Source: an uncultured virus (IMG/VR IMGVR_UViG_3300030390_001438) (taxonomy: Duplodnaviria > Heunggongvirae > Uroviricota > Caudoviricetes > Crassvirales). From it: DNA of 64,000 bases. The stretch is from IMG/VR virus record IMGVR_UViG_3300030390_001438; one strand, 5' to 3'. A program made the translations under genes and the position numbers. The notes below the pieces were generated by a model, which saw only the letters and a list, made by a program, of their open reading frames with translations, searched no databases and had not been told where the DNA came from. Shown piece by piece: positions 48,170-57,153 of the stretch (positions are counted from its first letter, which is position 1; the number at the start of each line of letters is the position of its first letter).

Positions 48170-49309
48170 TTAATTATTTTTAATACTTCTAATTTTGAGT
48201 CCTCTTCCACTACCACTGTCACCAATTGGGCGAATCTTTAAACCATCTTTTGTTGAGAGCTGTGGTGATTTACGCACTTCCATATTTATATTTTTGGATT
48301 TACGTGTATCATCATCCACTGCTTGAGCAACACCTTGATCGTAAAAGAACTGAGCAAACTTATCTGGATTCATCGCAACCGATAAGGCTTTGTGATATCC
48401 TTTTGCGTCTGACATTAAACCGTCTTTGCTTACATATTTGTTTACAAAGTTGTTTACGTCTGACTGCTTGTTCATCAATTCATCTGCTGTACCTGGTTTA
48501 TAATTAAACTTTTTTTCACCAACCTCAAATTCAAAACCTTTGAACTCATCGTTAAACACTTCTTTAGTGCGGTTTAAAAAGTAATCATATCGCTTTTCAT
48601 TACTTTCAGCAATTGTTTTTGATTCCTCTATATACTTATTATAGGCACTTAAATCTTTTTCCTGATCATCAGATAATCCACCCCCGCTTGACTCAAGAGG
48701 GATTTTATATTTATCTTTCTGTTCAGTGAAAAACTTACGTGCTTTAGCAAGTTCTCTTTTTTTAGCTAATTTTAATTTTCTAATATCTTTTTCATCATCT
48801 TCATCATCATATCCAAACTTGTCATCCATTAAGTCTTGAATATCAATAGCATCCAAACCTTCTTCCTGAATAGACATATAATCAGCTAATACTGCATCTT
48901 CTTCCATGTTATCGTAGTCTTTTTGTAATCTATAAAAGTCTTCGATTCCACGACCAGTTTCTTTTTTATATTCAAAATACTTTAAAACATCTTCAGGTAA
49001 CTTTTCATTTGATTCTTTAGTTTCAAATAATTCATCAACTGATTCAATATCTTTATTGTATCTTTCTTTAATATATGAAAGAACGTTATCATCATTTACC
49101 CCTGATGATTCAGGTATATTGTTAGAAGTATTTTCAACTTCTTTAGTTTCAACTTCTTTTGCTTCAACTGGAGCTTCTACTTTTACTTCTTCTACTTTAG
49201 TTTCAGGTTTTTCCTGAGATGTAGTTTCTTCGTGTTTTTGCAGTAATTGCTCTTCTATTTCAGCTTTAGATTTTTCGTTTCCACTAACTTCTTTTACTTG
49301 TAATTTCAT
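48170..49309 (-). CDS. Putative scaffolding protein
   Basis: Very acidic, helical; directly upstream of capsid; promoter TAACTTTG at 49326-49333. Confidence 0.65.
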   Translation of the reverse strand: MKLQVKEVSGNEKSKAEIEEQLLQKHEETTSQEKPETKVEEVKVEAPVEAKEVETKEVENTSNNIPESSGVNDDNVLSYIKERYNKDIESVDELFETKESNEKLPEDVLKYFEYKKETGRGIEDFYRLQKDYDNMEEDAVLADYMSIQEEGLDAIDIQDLMDDKFGYDDEDDEKDIRKLKLAKKRELAKARKFFTEQKDKYKIPLESSGGGLSDDQEKDLSAYNKYIEESKTIAESNEKRYDYFLNRTKEVFNDEFKGFEFEVGEKKFNYKPGTADELMNKQSDVNNFVNKYVSKDGLMSDAKGYHKALSVAMNPDKFAQFFYDQGVAQAVDDDTRKSKNINMEVRKSPQLSTKDGLKIRPIGDSGSGRGLKIRSIKNN

Positions 49310-49354
49310 TAGATTTAATTTTTAACAAAGTTAATACTTATTTAATTATATATT

Positions 49355-49669
49355 TTAGCTTCTTTTTTTACTAATTTTTTTATCTATTTTTTCTACGGCT
49401 TTACCAACTGCATATTCTTTAAGCATCCATTTACCTGCTTTGTATAAACCCTTTACACCAGATCCTATGTTTGCTAAATTTCCAGCAGAACCTAATCTTT
49501 TTGCTTTTAAACCTTTAGGTATATTTTTTATCAGACCTTTTTTTTTCGCAGCTATTTGCTTAGGTGTTAATTTCTTTTTTAGTTTTTTTCTTTGTACTAC
49601 TTTTTTTCGTGTAGGTTGACTATCAACAACAGTTTTTTTTCTACGTTCTGATTTTTTTAATTTACTCAT
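49355..49669 (-). CDS. Lys-rich protein in head module
   Basis: 104 aa; coupled to portal stop codon. Confidence 0.65.
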   Translation of the reverse strand: MSKLKKSERRKKTVVDSQPTRKKVVQRKKLKKKLTPKQIAAKKKGLIKNIPKGLKAKRLGSAGNLANIGSGVKGLYKAGKWMLKEYAVGKAVEKIDKKISKKRS

Positions 49670-52104
49670 TATCGTGGATTAAATTCTGCTAAATCAAAAC
49701 CATCTAAACTATCTTCATTAGATTCAAAAGTTATTGGAGGTAAGTTTCTTTTTCTTTGCTCTATCATTTTTGATTGCTGTGAATTAGCCATAGTAATTCT
49801 GTCTGATTTTCCTTTTTCCTTACTTGCTTCTCTCTGATCAATTTGAGATTGTTCTAAACCTCTTAGTTGCATATTAAATTGGAACTCTTTATCCATTAAT
49901 TGAGCTTTTAATGCAGCTTCGTTTTTAAGCTTTTCAATATCCATTGCAACCTCTTGTTGTTTTAATTGCATTTTACCTTGAATTTCCATTTGTGCTTTTT
50001 GTTGATCAGCTTGAGCCTGAGCCATTATACCAGCTTGTTGCTGTTCTGCCGCTGCTGCTTGTTGCTGTTGCATTTGTTGCATTTCTGCATCCTGCTTTCT
50101 TTTTCTTTTTACTTTTAATAATTGGTTGGCCATTTTTAAATTATGGATTTCCCTAATATCAATAGCGTCTTCTAAGCTTATATCGTTTTTAGATAAAGCC
50201 ATTTGTATATTTTGTTCAAGCATTTGCTTTTGTTCCTCATCAGGAGACATTTCTAAGAAAATACCAAAATCATATAAATAGAAATCTTTTAAATCTTCTA
50301 ATAATCTTAAATTGTATTTACCAATCTGCATAGCAAATTGATTTTTAAAATCTGAATATTGTAAAATATCTGCAGTTCTTATAATAACGCCTTCTGCCAA
50401 TCTTTTAGTCATAAACAAACTACTGTTTAATATGTGTCTTGTCGCTGTGTTAGAACTAAGTGCTGCAAGTTTTTGAACGCCTACCAATGCATCTGGATTT
50501 GGGCTTGAAGCATCACGTGCTTCATTTAGTCCTGTAACAGTTCTAATCATATCCATATAATGATTATAGTTTCCTATAAGCATTTGAAGTTTACCAGCAC
50601 CACTACTTGATGTTAATTGTTGAATAGGTTGTCTTGCATTATTAAATTCTCCATCTTGAGTATAAGATCTACCCACTACAGATCCAGTTTGGAAATATAA
50701 TCTTAAAGCATCTTCAGGATTATAAGCATTTCCTGTTCCTAAATCTACTTCATTTAAACCATCAGCATCAATAAAGACTCCATCAGGAACAACACGAGAA
50801 ACTACTTGTTGTATTTTTAAATGTGTAATTTGTATTAAGTCTGCAAAAGGAATCATTCTTCTAACTAAAGACTCGTAAACTCCTTTATACATTCTTGGCG
50901 CACAAGCTACGTAATTTGGTAAAGCATGTTGAGATGCAGATTTAGGTCTAACCATATTTTCTGCAAGTTCCCATTTAAGTAAAATATTAGTACCCATGAC
51001 CATTATACCGTCATACCAAACTTCTATCTTTTTTTCTATTCTTTCAAATTTACCTTCCTCTTGCATTTCTGCTGGAGGATTAAATTCATCATTTTTACTT
51101 ACTACTTTATAACTTCCGTCTGCCATTTCTTTCTTCTTATAAACAAAAGAATGAGTGGTTTTATAATTAAAATATAATAAAGTAACTGTGTCACGCATAA
51201 ACATACTATTCTCATAGTATTGTGCGTTATTATAATAGTTGTACCAAGATTGACTATACTTGGATATAGTTTCCATTTCTTCATTTGTAATATCAGGTTT
51301 AATTTTAACTAACTCCGCCATTGGAATAGTTTTAATTTCTCCCCAATAAAAACAATCTTTAAAATAAGGATCTTCTGTATAGCTGTAAACAACATTAGCT
51401 GGATCAACATAATCTAACTGAACACCTTGTCCAGGCAAAAATTGATGTTTTGCCATACTAACACCAAGTGTCATTAAATCATAATCACATCTTTTTCTTA
51501 TTTCTTGATATTGATTTTTATTTAAAATAGTATCTACTGCTTCTTCAGCAGCAATTTCAATAGCTGGTTTATACTTCATTTGCATAAACAACTGAAGTTC
51601 TTCGTCATCATTAGGAAGTTCAGATTCTTCTGTTTGAAAAACATTAACTCCAAAATCTTCTTCAATTTGTTGAAATAAAGGTCGAGCTATCATTTCACCT
51701 TCTATTCTTTTTTGAAACTCATTTCTTTTTTCAGCTGACATTGCATCTTCCGCAAATGCTTTAACTTTAAAAAGTCGATCATTTAATCCATTAACCACTA
51801 TGTCTACGAACTTTGGAATAACAGGAACTGGTGTCCAGTCTAAATTTAAGTAACTTAAATCTCCATCTACTGCAATTTCATTTTTATATTTAGCTACAGA
51901 TTGTTCTCCACGAGCATATAGTCTAAGTCTGTTAAACTCACCCCATTGATTAAAAAACCTACATGTACTATTATCTTTTCTAAACCACTCGTACTGTATC
52001 GCCTGCCCTATTTGTAGGCCATACTCCATGGTATCTTTTTGTGCGTCAGTAACAAACTGATCAGGAAAAGCGGCTTGATTTATTTCTATATTTACCTCTT
52101 TCAT
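49669..52104 (-). CDS. Portal protein
   Basis: 811 aa after TerL; IPKFVD; Q-rich C-terminal coiled coil. Confidence 0.8.
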   Translation of the reverse strand: MKEVNIEINQAAFPDQFVTDAQKDTMEYGLQIGQAIQYEWFRKDNSTCRFFNQWGEFNRLRLYARGEQSVAKYKNEIAVDGDLSYLNLDWTPVPVIPKFVDIVVNGLNDRLFKVKAFAEDAMSAEKRNEFQKRIEGEMIARPLFQQIEEDFGVNVFQTEESELPNDDEELQLFMQMKYKPAIEIAAEEAVDTILNKNQYQEIRKRCDYDLMTLGVSMAKHQFLPGQGVQLDYVDPANVVYSYTEDPYFKDCFYWGEIKTIPMAELVKIKPDITNEEMETISKYSQSWYNYYNNAQYYENSMFMRDTVTLLYFNYKTTHSFVYKKKEMADGSYKVVSKNDEFNPPAEMQEEGKFERIEKKIEVWYDGIMVMGTNILLKWELAENMVRPKSASQHALPNYVACAPRMYKGVYESLVRRMIPFADLIQITHLKIQQVVSRVVPDGVFIDADGLNEVDLGTGNAYNPEDALRLYFQTGSVVGRSYTQDGEFNNARQPIQQLTSSSGAGKLQMLIGNYNHYMDMIRTVTGLNEARDASSPNPDALVGVQKLAALSSNTATRHILNSSLFMTKRLAEGVIIRTADILQYSDFKNQFAMQIGKYNLRLLEDLKDFYLYDFGIFLEMSPDEEQKQMLEQNIQMALSKNDISLEDAIDIREIHNLKMANQLLKVKRKRKQDAEMQQMQQQQAAAAEQQQAGIMAQAQADQQKAQMEIQGKMQLKQQEVAMDIEKLKNEAALKAQLMDKEFQFNMQLRGLEQSQIDQREASKEKGKSDRITMANSQQSKMIEQRKRNLPPITFESNEDSLDGFDLAEFNPR

Positions 52105-54353
52105 CTATTATTTATTCTACTGCGAGAATCAGTGTTGTTATATGTTGCAAATTTAATGCTTATTTTCGTCTTTTCTCTTGACGGTGTATATAAGTGTTTT
52201 TGATTAGCCATTATTGCTAATCCAGAGCTTATAGAAGCATCAAATTTAGTTCTATTGTTTATATCAAATTTTGCCCAATCTTCTAATGTTCTCTGAAAAT
52301 AAGAATCACCCATGTCTCCTTCTGTTCTATAAATACCACTCATATCCAATCCTACATATTTTTCTATGTAAGACTCAATAGCAGATGCGTGTGACTGCTT
52401 TACATCTTCAGAGGTGTTAGGTATACCTCCTAATTCTTTTTCAGTTTTAGAAAGTTTAGAAAAAGTTTTATCAGGTCTATTTAAAGAAAACCCTCGATAA
52501 CCTCTATTTTTAAAATGATACAACAATCTTGGTTTATTATTTTCAACTAAAATTGGCATACCAAAAAATACGCATGCCATCAAAACTTCTTCAAAAAATA
52601 TCTCTGCTGTTTGTGGTCGTGCAATGTATTCTAAAAAGAAATGATTGCTTGGCATCTCTTCCATTGAAAATTTTGTCAAACCATGCAAAGAACCGTTAGA
52701 TCCTTTACCAACAACAACACCTGATATATCATAAGAATCACAACCAAACGAACCTAAATGTTCATTGCCTGGAAAAAACTTGCCATTCTTTTTAATAACA
52801 TTATTTTGTAACGCTACCTTTGGCATGTAAGTTACAAAAAATCTACCTCTTTTATTTGGAGTCCAAATAACCTTAGTATCTTTGATTCCATCTTTCCAAC
52901 TAAACGAGCCTTGTGTTATAAAATGCTCTTTAATTAAAGAATCATTGTAATCTATTTGTTGATATATTTTTGTTAAATTAAAAATAGATTGTTTACTTTC
53001 ATCTCTAAACGCATGTGATTCTGTTCGAGGAAATTGTCTGTAAAATTCATTTAATGCATCTGGATCATTAGATAAAGAATCAACTTCGTTTTGCCAATAG
53101 TTTATAGCACCTTGACGTATCATTTCCCCATCAATACCCAGACTGGGTAATTTCGGGTTTTCTAAAACAGGCATTCCATACTGATCTATAAATCCTTCCA
53201 TATTCCATTCCATAGGAACGAAAAGTGAATATAACCCGCTTTTAGTTTGACCATTTGAATTTCTTTTTGAAACATCAGAATCATTAAAAAGTTGTTTAAA
53301 ATTTTTACCTCCTTTATCTAAAGCATTAGACGTAGATCCCATCATACATTTTCCAATAACTTTACTACCTAATCTTAAACAAGTTTTTGTAACACGCCAA
53401 TTGTTTAATATATTATCAGGTCTTTCCCATTTACCAGATTCGTCATGGACAAGCAACTTTAATTTTTCACCATCATAACTATTGTCTCCTGTGTTTTTCC
53501 AATCAATAGTTGTATCTAATCCTTCAAGCTCTTCTGTTTCATCTATTACAAACATATTCTTTTTTGTAATTTTAGCAGCAGGAACTCTATAAGCTAATTC
53601 TGTTTTTGGTTTATCCATACCATCTTGGATGGGTTTAAAGAAAAAAGGATAATTATTAGAAATAGGAACAACTTTATCAGTAAACATTTTTTTTGCATCT
53701 GAACCAGTTTTAGATAAAATTCCTATACGTGCGTCTTTTGCAAGAGTGGCTAAGTTTACACATTCTTCAGAACCCATATATGAAAATCCTGAACGTCTAA
53801 TTTTTAAATAACAAATACCAAAACTTCTCTTATCAGCTTTACAAGCTTCCCAGTATAAATAAAATATTCTATTAGCTTCACGAAAGTCTGGTAATCCTAT
53901 ATCAATTTTTGTCCACTGTATATACATGTAATGAGATCCTGTTATATATGTAGGAATACCATTATTATAAAACCAATAACCAAACTCTCTTTTGTTAAAT
54001 TCTTTTTCTATATAGTCAACCCATTGTTCTTTAAAACTATTAGGCATGGAATGCCACTGAAATATAGTAGATATTCTTTTAAGTGTTTTAGAATACTCTG
54101 AAGCCTCCCAGTATTGTTTTGATTTTTCAGATGATCTTTTGTGTATTTCTTTTGGAGTACTTGGAAGAGCAACTTTTAAATTATTTATATTATATATATC
54201 TCCTATTGTTCCGTCACGAGATATAATAACCATGTCGTACTTCTCATTATAACCATATTGCCAAGACCTTTTACGATTCTTTAACACCATGGCTTGTTTA
54301 GGCACAACACTGTTTACTTTTATATATAAACTATTTTGATTTTGATTCTGCAA
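52101..54353 (-). CDS. terL: Terminase large subunit
   Basis: KIRRSGFS Walker A, VHDESGK Walker B, GCDSYD nuclease, VENN. Confidence 0.85.
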   Translation of the reverse strand: MQNQNQNSLYIKVNSVVPKQAMVLKNRKRSWQYGYNEKYDMVIISRDGTIGDIYNINNLKVALPSTPKEIHKRSSEKSKQYWEASEYSKTLKRISTIFQWHSMPNSFKEQWVDYIEKEFNKREFGYWFYNNGIPTYITGSHYMYIQWTKIDIGLPDFREANRIFYLYWEACKADKRSFGICYLKIRRSGFSYMGSEECVNLATLAKDARIGILSKTGSDAKKMFTDKVVPISNNYPFFFKPIQDGMDKPKTELAYRVPAAKITKKNMFVIDETEELEGLDTTIDWKNTGDNSYDGEKLKLLVHDESGKWERPDNILNNWRVTKTCLRLGSKVIGKCMMGSTSNALDKGGKNFKQLFNDSDVSKRNSNGQTKSGLYSLFVPMEWNMEGFIDQYGMPVLENPKLPSLGIDGEMIRQGAINYWQNEVDSLSNDPDALNEFYRQFPRTESHAFRDESKQSIFNLTKIYQQIDYNDSLIKEHFITQGSFSWKDGIKDTKVIWTPNKRGRFFVTYMPKVALQNNVIKKNGKFFPGNEHLGSFGCDSYDISGVVVGKGSNGSLHGLTKFSMEEMPSNHFFLEYIARPQTAEIFFEEVLMACVFFGMPILVENNKPRLLYHFKNRGYRGFSLNRPDKTFSKLSKTEKELGGIPNTSEDVKQSHASAIESYIEKYVGLDMSGIYRTEGDMGDSYFQRTLEDWAKFDINNRTKFDASISSGLAIMANQKHLYTPSREKTKISIKFATYNNTDSRSRINNR

Positions 54354-54606
54354 ATCCTTTAGGTAAATTATTTGTTTTTCTTTCTATTCCATTAATTTTA
54401 TCTTCTTCTTCTTCAATACGTTTTAAAATATCAAACGCATCAAATATTGCAAGCTTCTTAGTTGCTGCTGCGTTTTTTAATCTATCAGCAGCAAGTGAAT
54501 CTTCAGGATCACCAGTAATAATTTTTTCATTAGCAACTTTAATTAGATGCTTTACTGCTTTTTCTCCTGCTTGAATTATTTGTATTTTTAAACTTACTAT
54601 ATCCAT
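54331..54606 (-). CDS. Possible terminase small subunit
   Basis: Small helical ORF overlapping terL start; position only. Confidence 0.4.
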   Translation of the reverse strand: MDIVSLKIQIIQAGEKAVKHLIKVANEKIITGDPEDSLAADRLKNAAATKKLAIFDAFDILKRIEEEEDKINGIERKTNNLPKGFAESKSK

Positions 54607-55175
54607 TACTTAAATTTATAAAACATTACAAATACTTTACGACCTTCTTCCCAAGATTTATTAGGATATTTACTGTGAAAATAATTTGAAGGATAAGAAA
54701 TTAATCTATTTTCTTCATAACCAACTACCGTACTTAATCTCCATTTATCTAAAATTTCTGAATCTACTTTAAGCATTTTATCATACTCATCATCAGACAT
54801 ATTTTTAGGCATTTCTTTTCCATAGATATCGTGTTCCCAAAAAGCAGTTCCATGTAAATCTTCTAACTCTCTTGGAGAGAAATATAATACTATAGCCCTA
54901 TCAGGTTTCTGTCCTTTAATATTTAAATCAGAGTGTATACGCCAAGTTACATCTAATTTATCCGTAGAAACTCTAAAAAAACTTAGTATGTTTTCTAATT
55001 CTCTTTCTTCTTTTTGTTGTAATAGATCTATAATGTAATGATCAAAATCTTCATTAGATTCTAAAACATAAAAATCCTTACCACCAGATATTTTCTTTTG
55101 GAAAGGATTGTCTAAATATTCTTTAATTATTTTTAAAAAATCTTTATCTATAACATCATCTAATATATAAATCAT
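54606..55175 (-). CDS. 2OG-Fe(II) oxygenase-like protein
   Basis: IHSD...GTAFW...NRL..Y...YFHS...GR. Confidence 0.75.
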   Translation of the reverse strand: MIYILDDVIDKDFLKIIKEYLDNPFQKKISGGKDFYVLESNEDFDHYIIDLLQQKEERELENILSFFRVSTDKLDVTWRIHSDLNIKGQKPDRAIVLYFSPRELEDLHGTAFWEHDIYGKEMPKNMSDDEYDKMLKVDSEILDKWRLSTVVGYEENRLISYPSNYFHSKYPNKSWEEGRKVFVMFYKFK

Positions 55176-55738
55176 AATTTAATGGTTATATTATTAGTAT
55201 ACATTCTATACAATAATTCTCCTTCTATAACAAATTCATATTCACTAAATGGTTCGTAACAAATTTTATCTCCTTTTTTTAGACCAAGTTTTTCTAATTG
55301 TTTATTTAGATAAATTAATTCTCCATGTAAAGGTTCGTTTTTGACACCACTACCTATAATATAAGAATCTTTTTTTGCAATAGGTTTTACAAAACAATAC
55401 TTATCAAAAGCATTCCATTTATTGTTTTTTTTATAAAGAAAAAATTGATCAAAGTCTACAATAAATAAATCATCTTTAACCCAGCTTCTACCGCTTTTTT
55501 GTCTTCCATACATGTCATTATAATATTTAAAAACATTGTGATGAACTAATATAGTATCTCCGATAGAAACTTCTCCTTTATAATTTACAGGAACATTTAT
55601 TACTTCTGCAAATCGATTTGAGACTGTATGATCTTCTTCGGAAACGCTAATGATTAGTTCTTTATCACCATAGTTTCTAATATTATCATACCTTCTTCCG
55701 TTTAAAGGTTTTACTATAAATGAATATGGAGATTGCAT
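55172..55738 (-). CDS. Tandem GroES-like protein
   Basis: Two FIVKP/FVKP...GD.I units. Confidence 0.55.
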   Translation of the reverse strand: MQSPYSFIVKPLNGRRYDNIRNYGDKELIISVSEEDHTVSNRFAEVINVPVNYKGEVSIGDTILVHHNVFKYYNDMYGRQKSGRSWVKDDLFIVDFDQFFLYKKNNKWNAFDKYCFVKPIAKKDSYIIGSGVKNEPLHGELIYLNKQLEKLGLKKGDKICYEPFSEYEFVIEGELLYRMYTNNITIKL

Positions 55739-55962
55739 TAAAAGTTTATATTATATTCCAAAGAAATAGGCATAGTTATTTTAAATTCTTTCCAAAGTAA
55801 AACTTCATCTTTGCTTTGAATCCATATTTTATATGAATTTGAAGATTTGTCGTGTTGAATTAAATGAATTGAATGTGATGCGCCTAAAACATCTTGGCCT
55901 ACAATATAATGCATTGCGCCAGATTTATAATCTGATCCTATGGAGATTTTTCTTATGTCCAA
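55738..55962 (-). CDS. Hypothetical protein
   Basis: IRKISIG.DYK..AMHY.VGQ; coupled ORF. Confidence 0.7.
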   Translation of the reverse strand: MDIRKISIGSDYKSGAMHYIVGQDVLGASHSIHLIQHDKSSNSYKIWIQSKDEVLLWKEFKITMPISLEYNINF

Positions 55963-55971
55963 TTTATTAAA

Positions 55972-56502
55972 TTAAAATGAATTTCCTGCAGTCAAAACTC
56001 TATAATAAACATTAACAAACATTTTTCCATCTCCTTGTGTAGGATTGGCTGATGTTTTTAAGTTTAAAGCTTGTCCTGGCGATAGGGTTATGGTGTTTCC
56101 ACTTCCTACCATAACTTTGCGAACACTATTAGCAGCACTGTTTAGTACTAATAAAGGTAAAGTTCCCATTACTACAGAGTTATAATCAAATGTTACGTTA
56201 GCTCCAAAATCAAAAACTGTAGTTCCAGGAACAAAATTAATGGCAATAGATAAAATATCTATAACCTTGTTTGCTCCAGGAGATGCAATTAAAACTTTAG
56301 ATGTAGTAGCTAAGTTTTGTAACTGTGCTGATGTAACCTCTACATGAGCAACCAACGTGTCTATTCCAAATAATGCTTGTAGCTGATTAATAGTACAAGT
56401 TTTAGTCATTAATTGATTTACTTTATCAGTTAAAATTAAGTAATCATCTCCAACTAAATTAAGTATTTCGGGATATGCCGTTGTGTTACTTATTCTTGCC
56501 AT
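55972..56502 (-). CDS. Structural protein
   Basis: MARIS N-terminus as in 325-1062. Confidence 0.55.
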   Translation of the reverse strand: MARISNTTAYPEILNLVGDDYLILTDKVNQLMTKTCTINQLQALFGIDTLVAHVEVTSAQLQNLATTSKVLIASPGANKVIDILSIAINFVPGTTVFDFGANVTFDYNSVVMGTLPLLVLNSAANSVRKVMVGSGNTITLSPGQALNLKTSANPTQGDGKMFVNVYYRVLTAGNSF

Positions 56503-56760
56503 TTATTCTTTTTTATCTTCTGGTTGAGTAACTTCTCCTGTTTGTAAATTTATAGTAGCGTTCTCACCATATTTTTCTGCAAGTACTTTTTCTTGCTTTT
56601 TAAAATCTTTTTGAACTTCACTTAATTCTGCAACTAATTGTTGTTGTTGAATTACAGCATCTGCAATTGCAACTTTAGTTTGCATAAACTTTTGATTTAA
56701 CTCTTGAATGACTACTAATTCGTCTGCATTCAATTTTACTAATTCTTCTTTTTTACTCAT
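56503..56760 (-). CDS. Coiled-coil hypothetical protein
   Basis: EKYG....NLQTGE; promoter TATCTTTG at 56793-56800. Confidence 0.65.
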   Translation of the reverse strand: MSKKEELVKLNADELVVIQELNQKFMQTKVAIADAVIQQQQLVAELSEVQKDFKKQEKVLAEKYGENATINLQTGEVTQPEDKKE

Positions 56761-56816
56761 GACATTTAATTTAATTTGTTATTATATTTATACAAAGATA
56801 CTAAATTTATTTTTGG

Positions 56817-57149
56817 CTATATGGAATCTTCCCACGTAAAAAACAACTCTTCATTTACTGGATTTTGTTGACTTGATATTTCTGCAGAAATAGTTGCTTT
56901 CATTTCATCTACATCTAAAGATCCTTCTAACCAACCTATAACAACGTCTTCAAACTCTTTCGTATTTTCATACGGAACAAAAGGATCACCAGCTTTATAA
57001 GTGAAGTCTTCTTCTCCATTTTCAGCACTCATATAAGTGTTTTCTTCTCCTACATAAGTCCACTGTACTTTGTGTATTACATTGCTTTCGCCCTCTGATT
57101 CAACATAAGCATCCATTTGTGAGATATCCCATTTATAATTAATTGCCAT
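56817..57149 (-). CDS. Tail-fibre-associated acidic protein
   Basis: Follows fibre gene. Confidence 0.6.
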   Translation of the reverse strand: MAINYKWDISQMDAYVESEGESNVIHKVQWTYVGEENTYMSAENGEEDFTYKAGDPFVPYENTKEFEDVVIGWLEGSLDVDEMKATISAEISSQQNPVNEELFFTWEDSI

Positions 57150-57153
57150 AATT

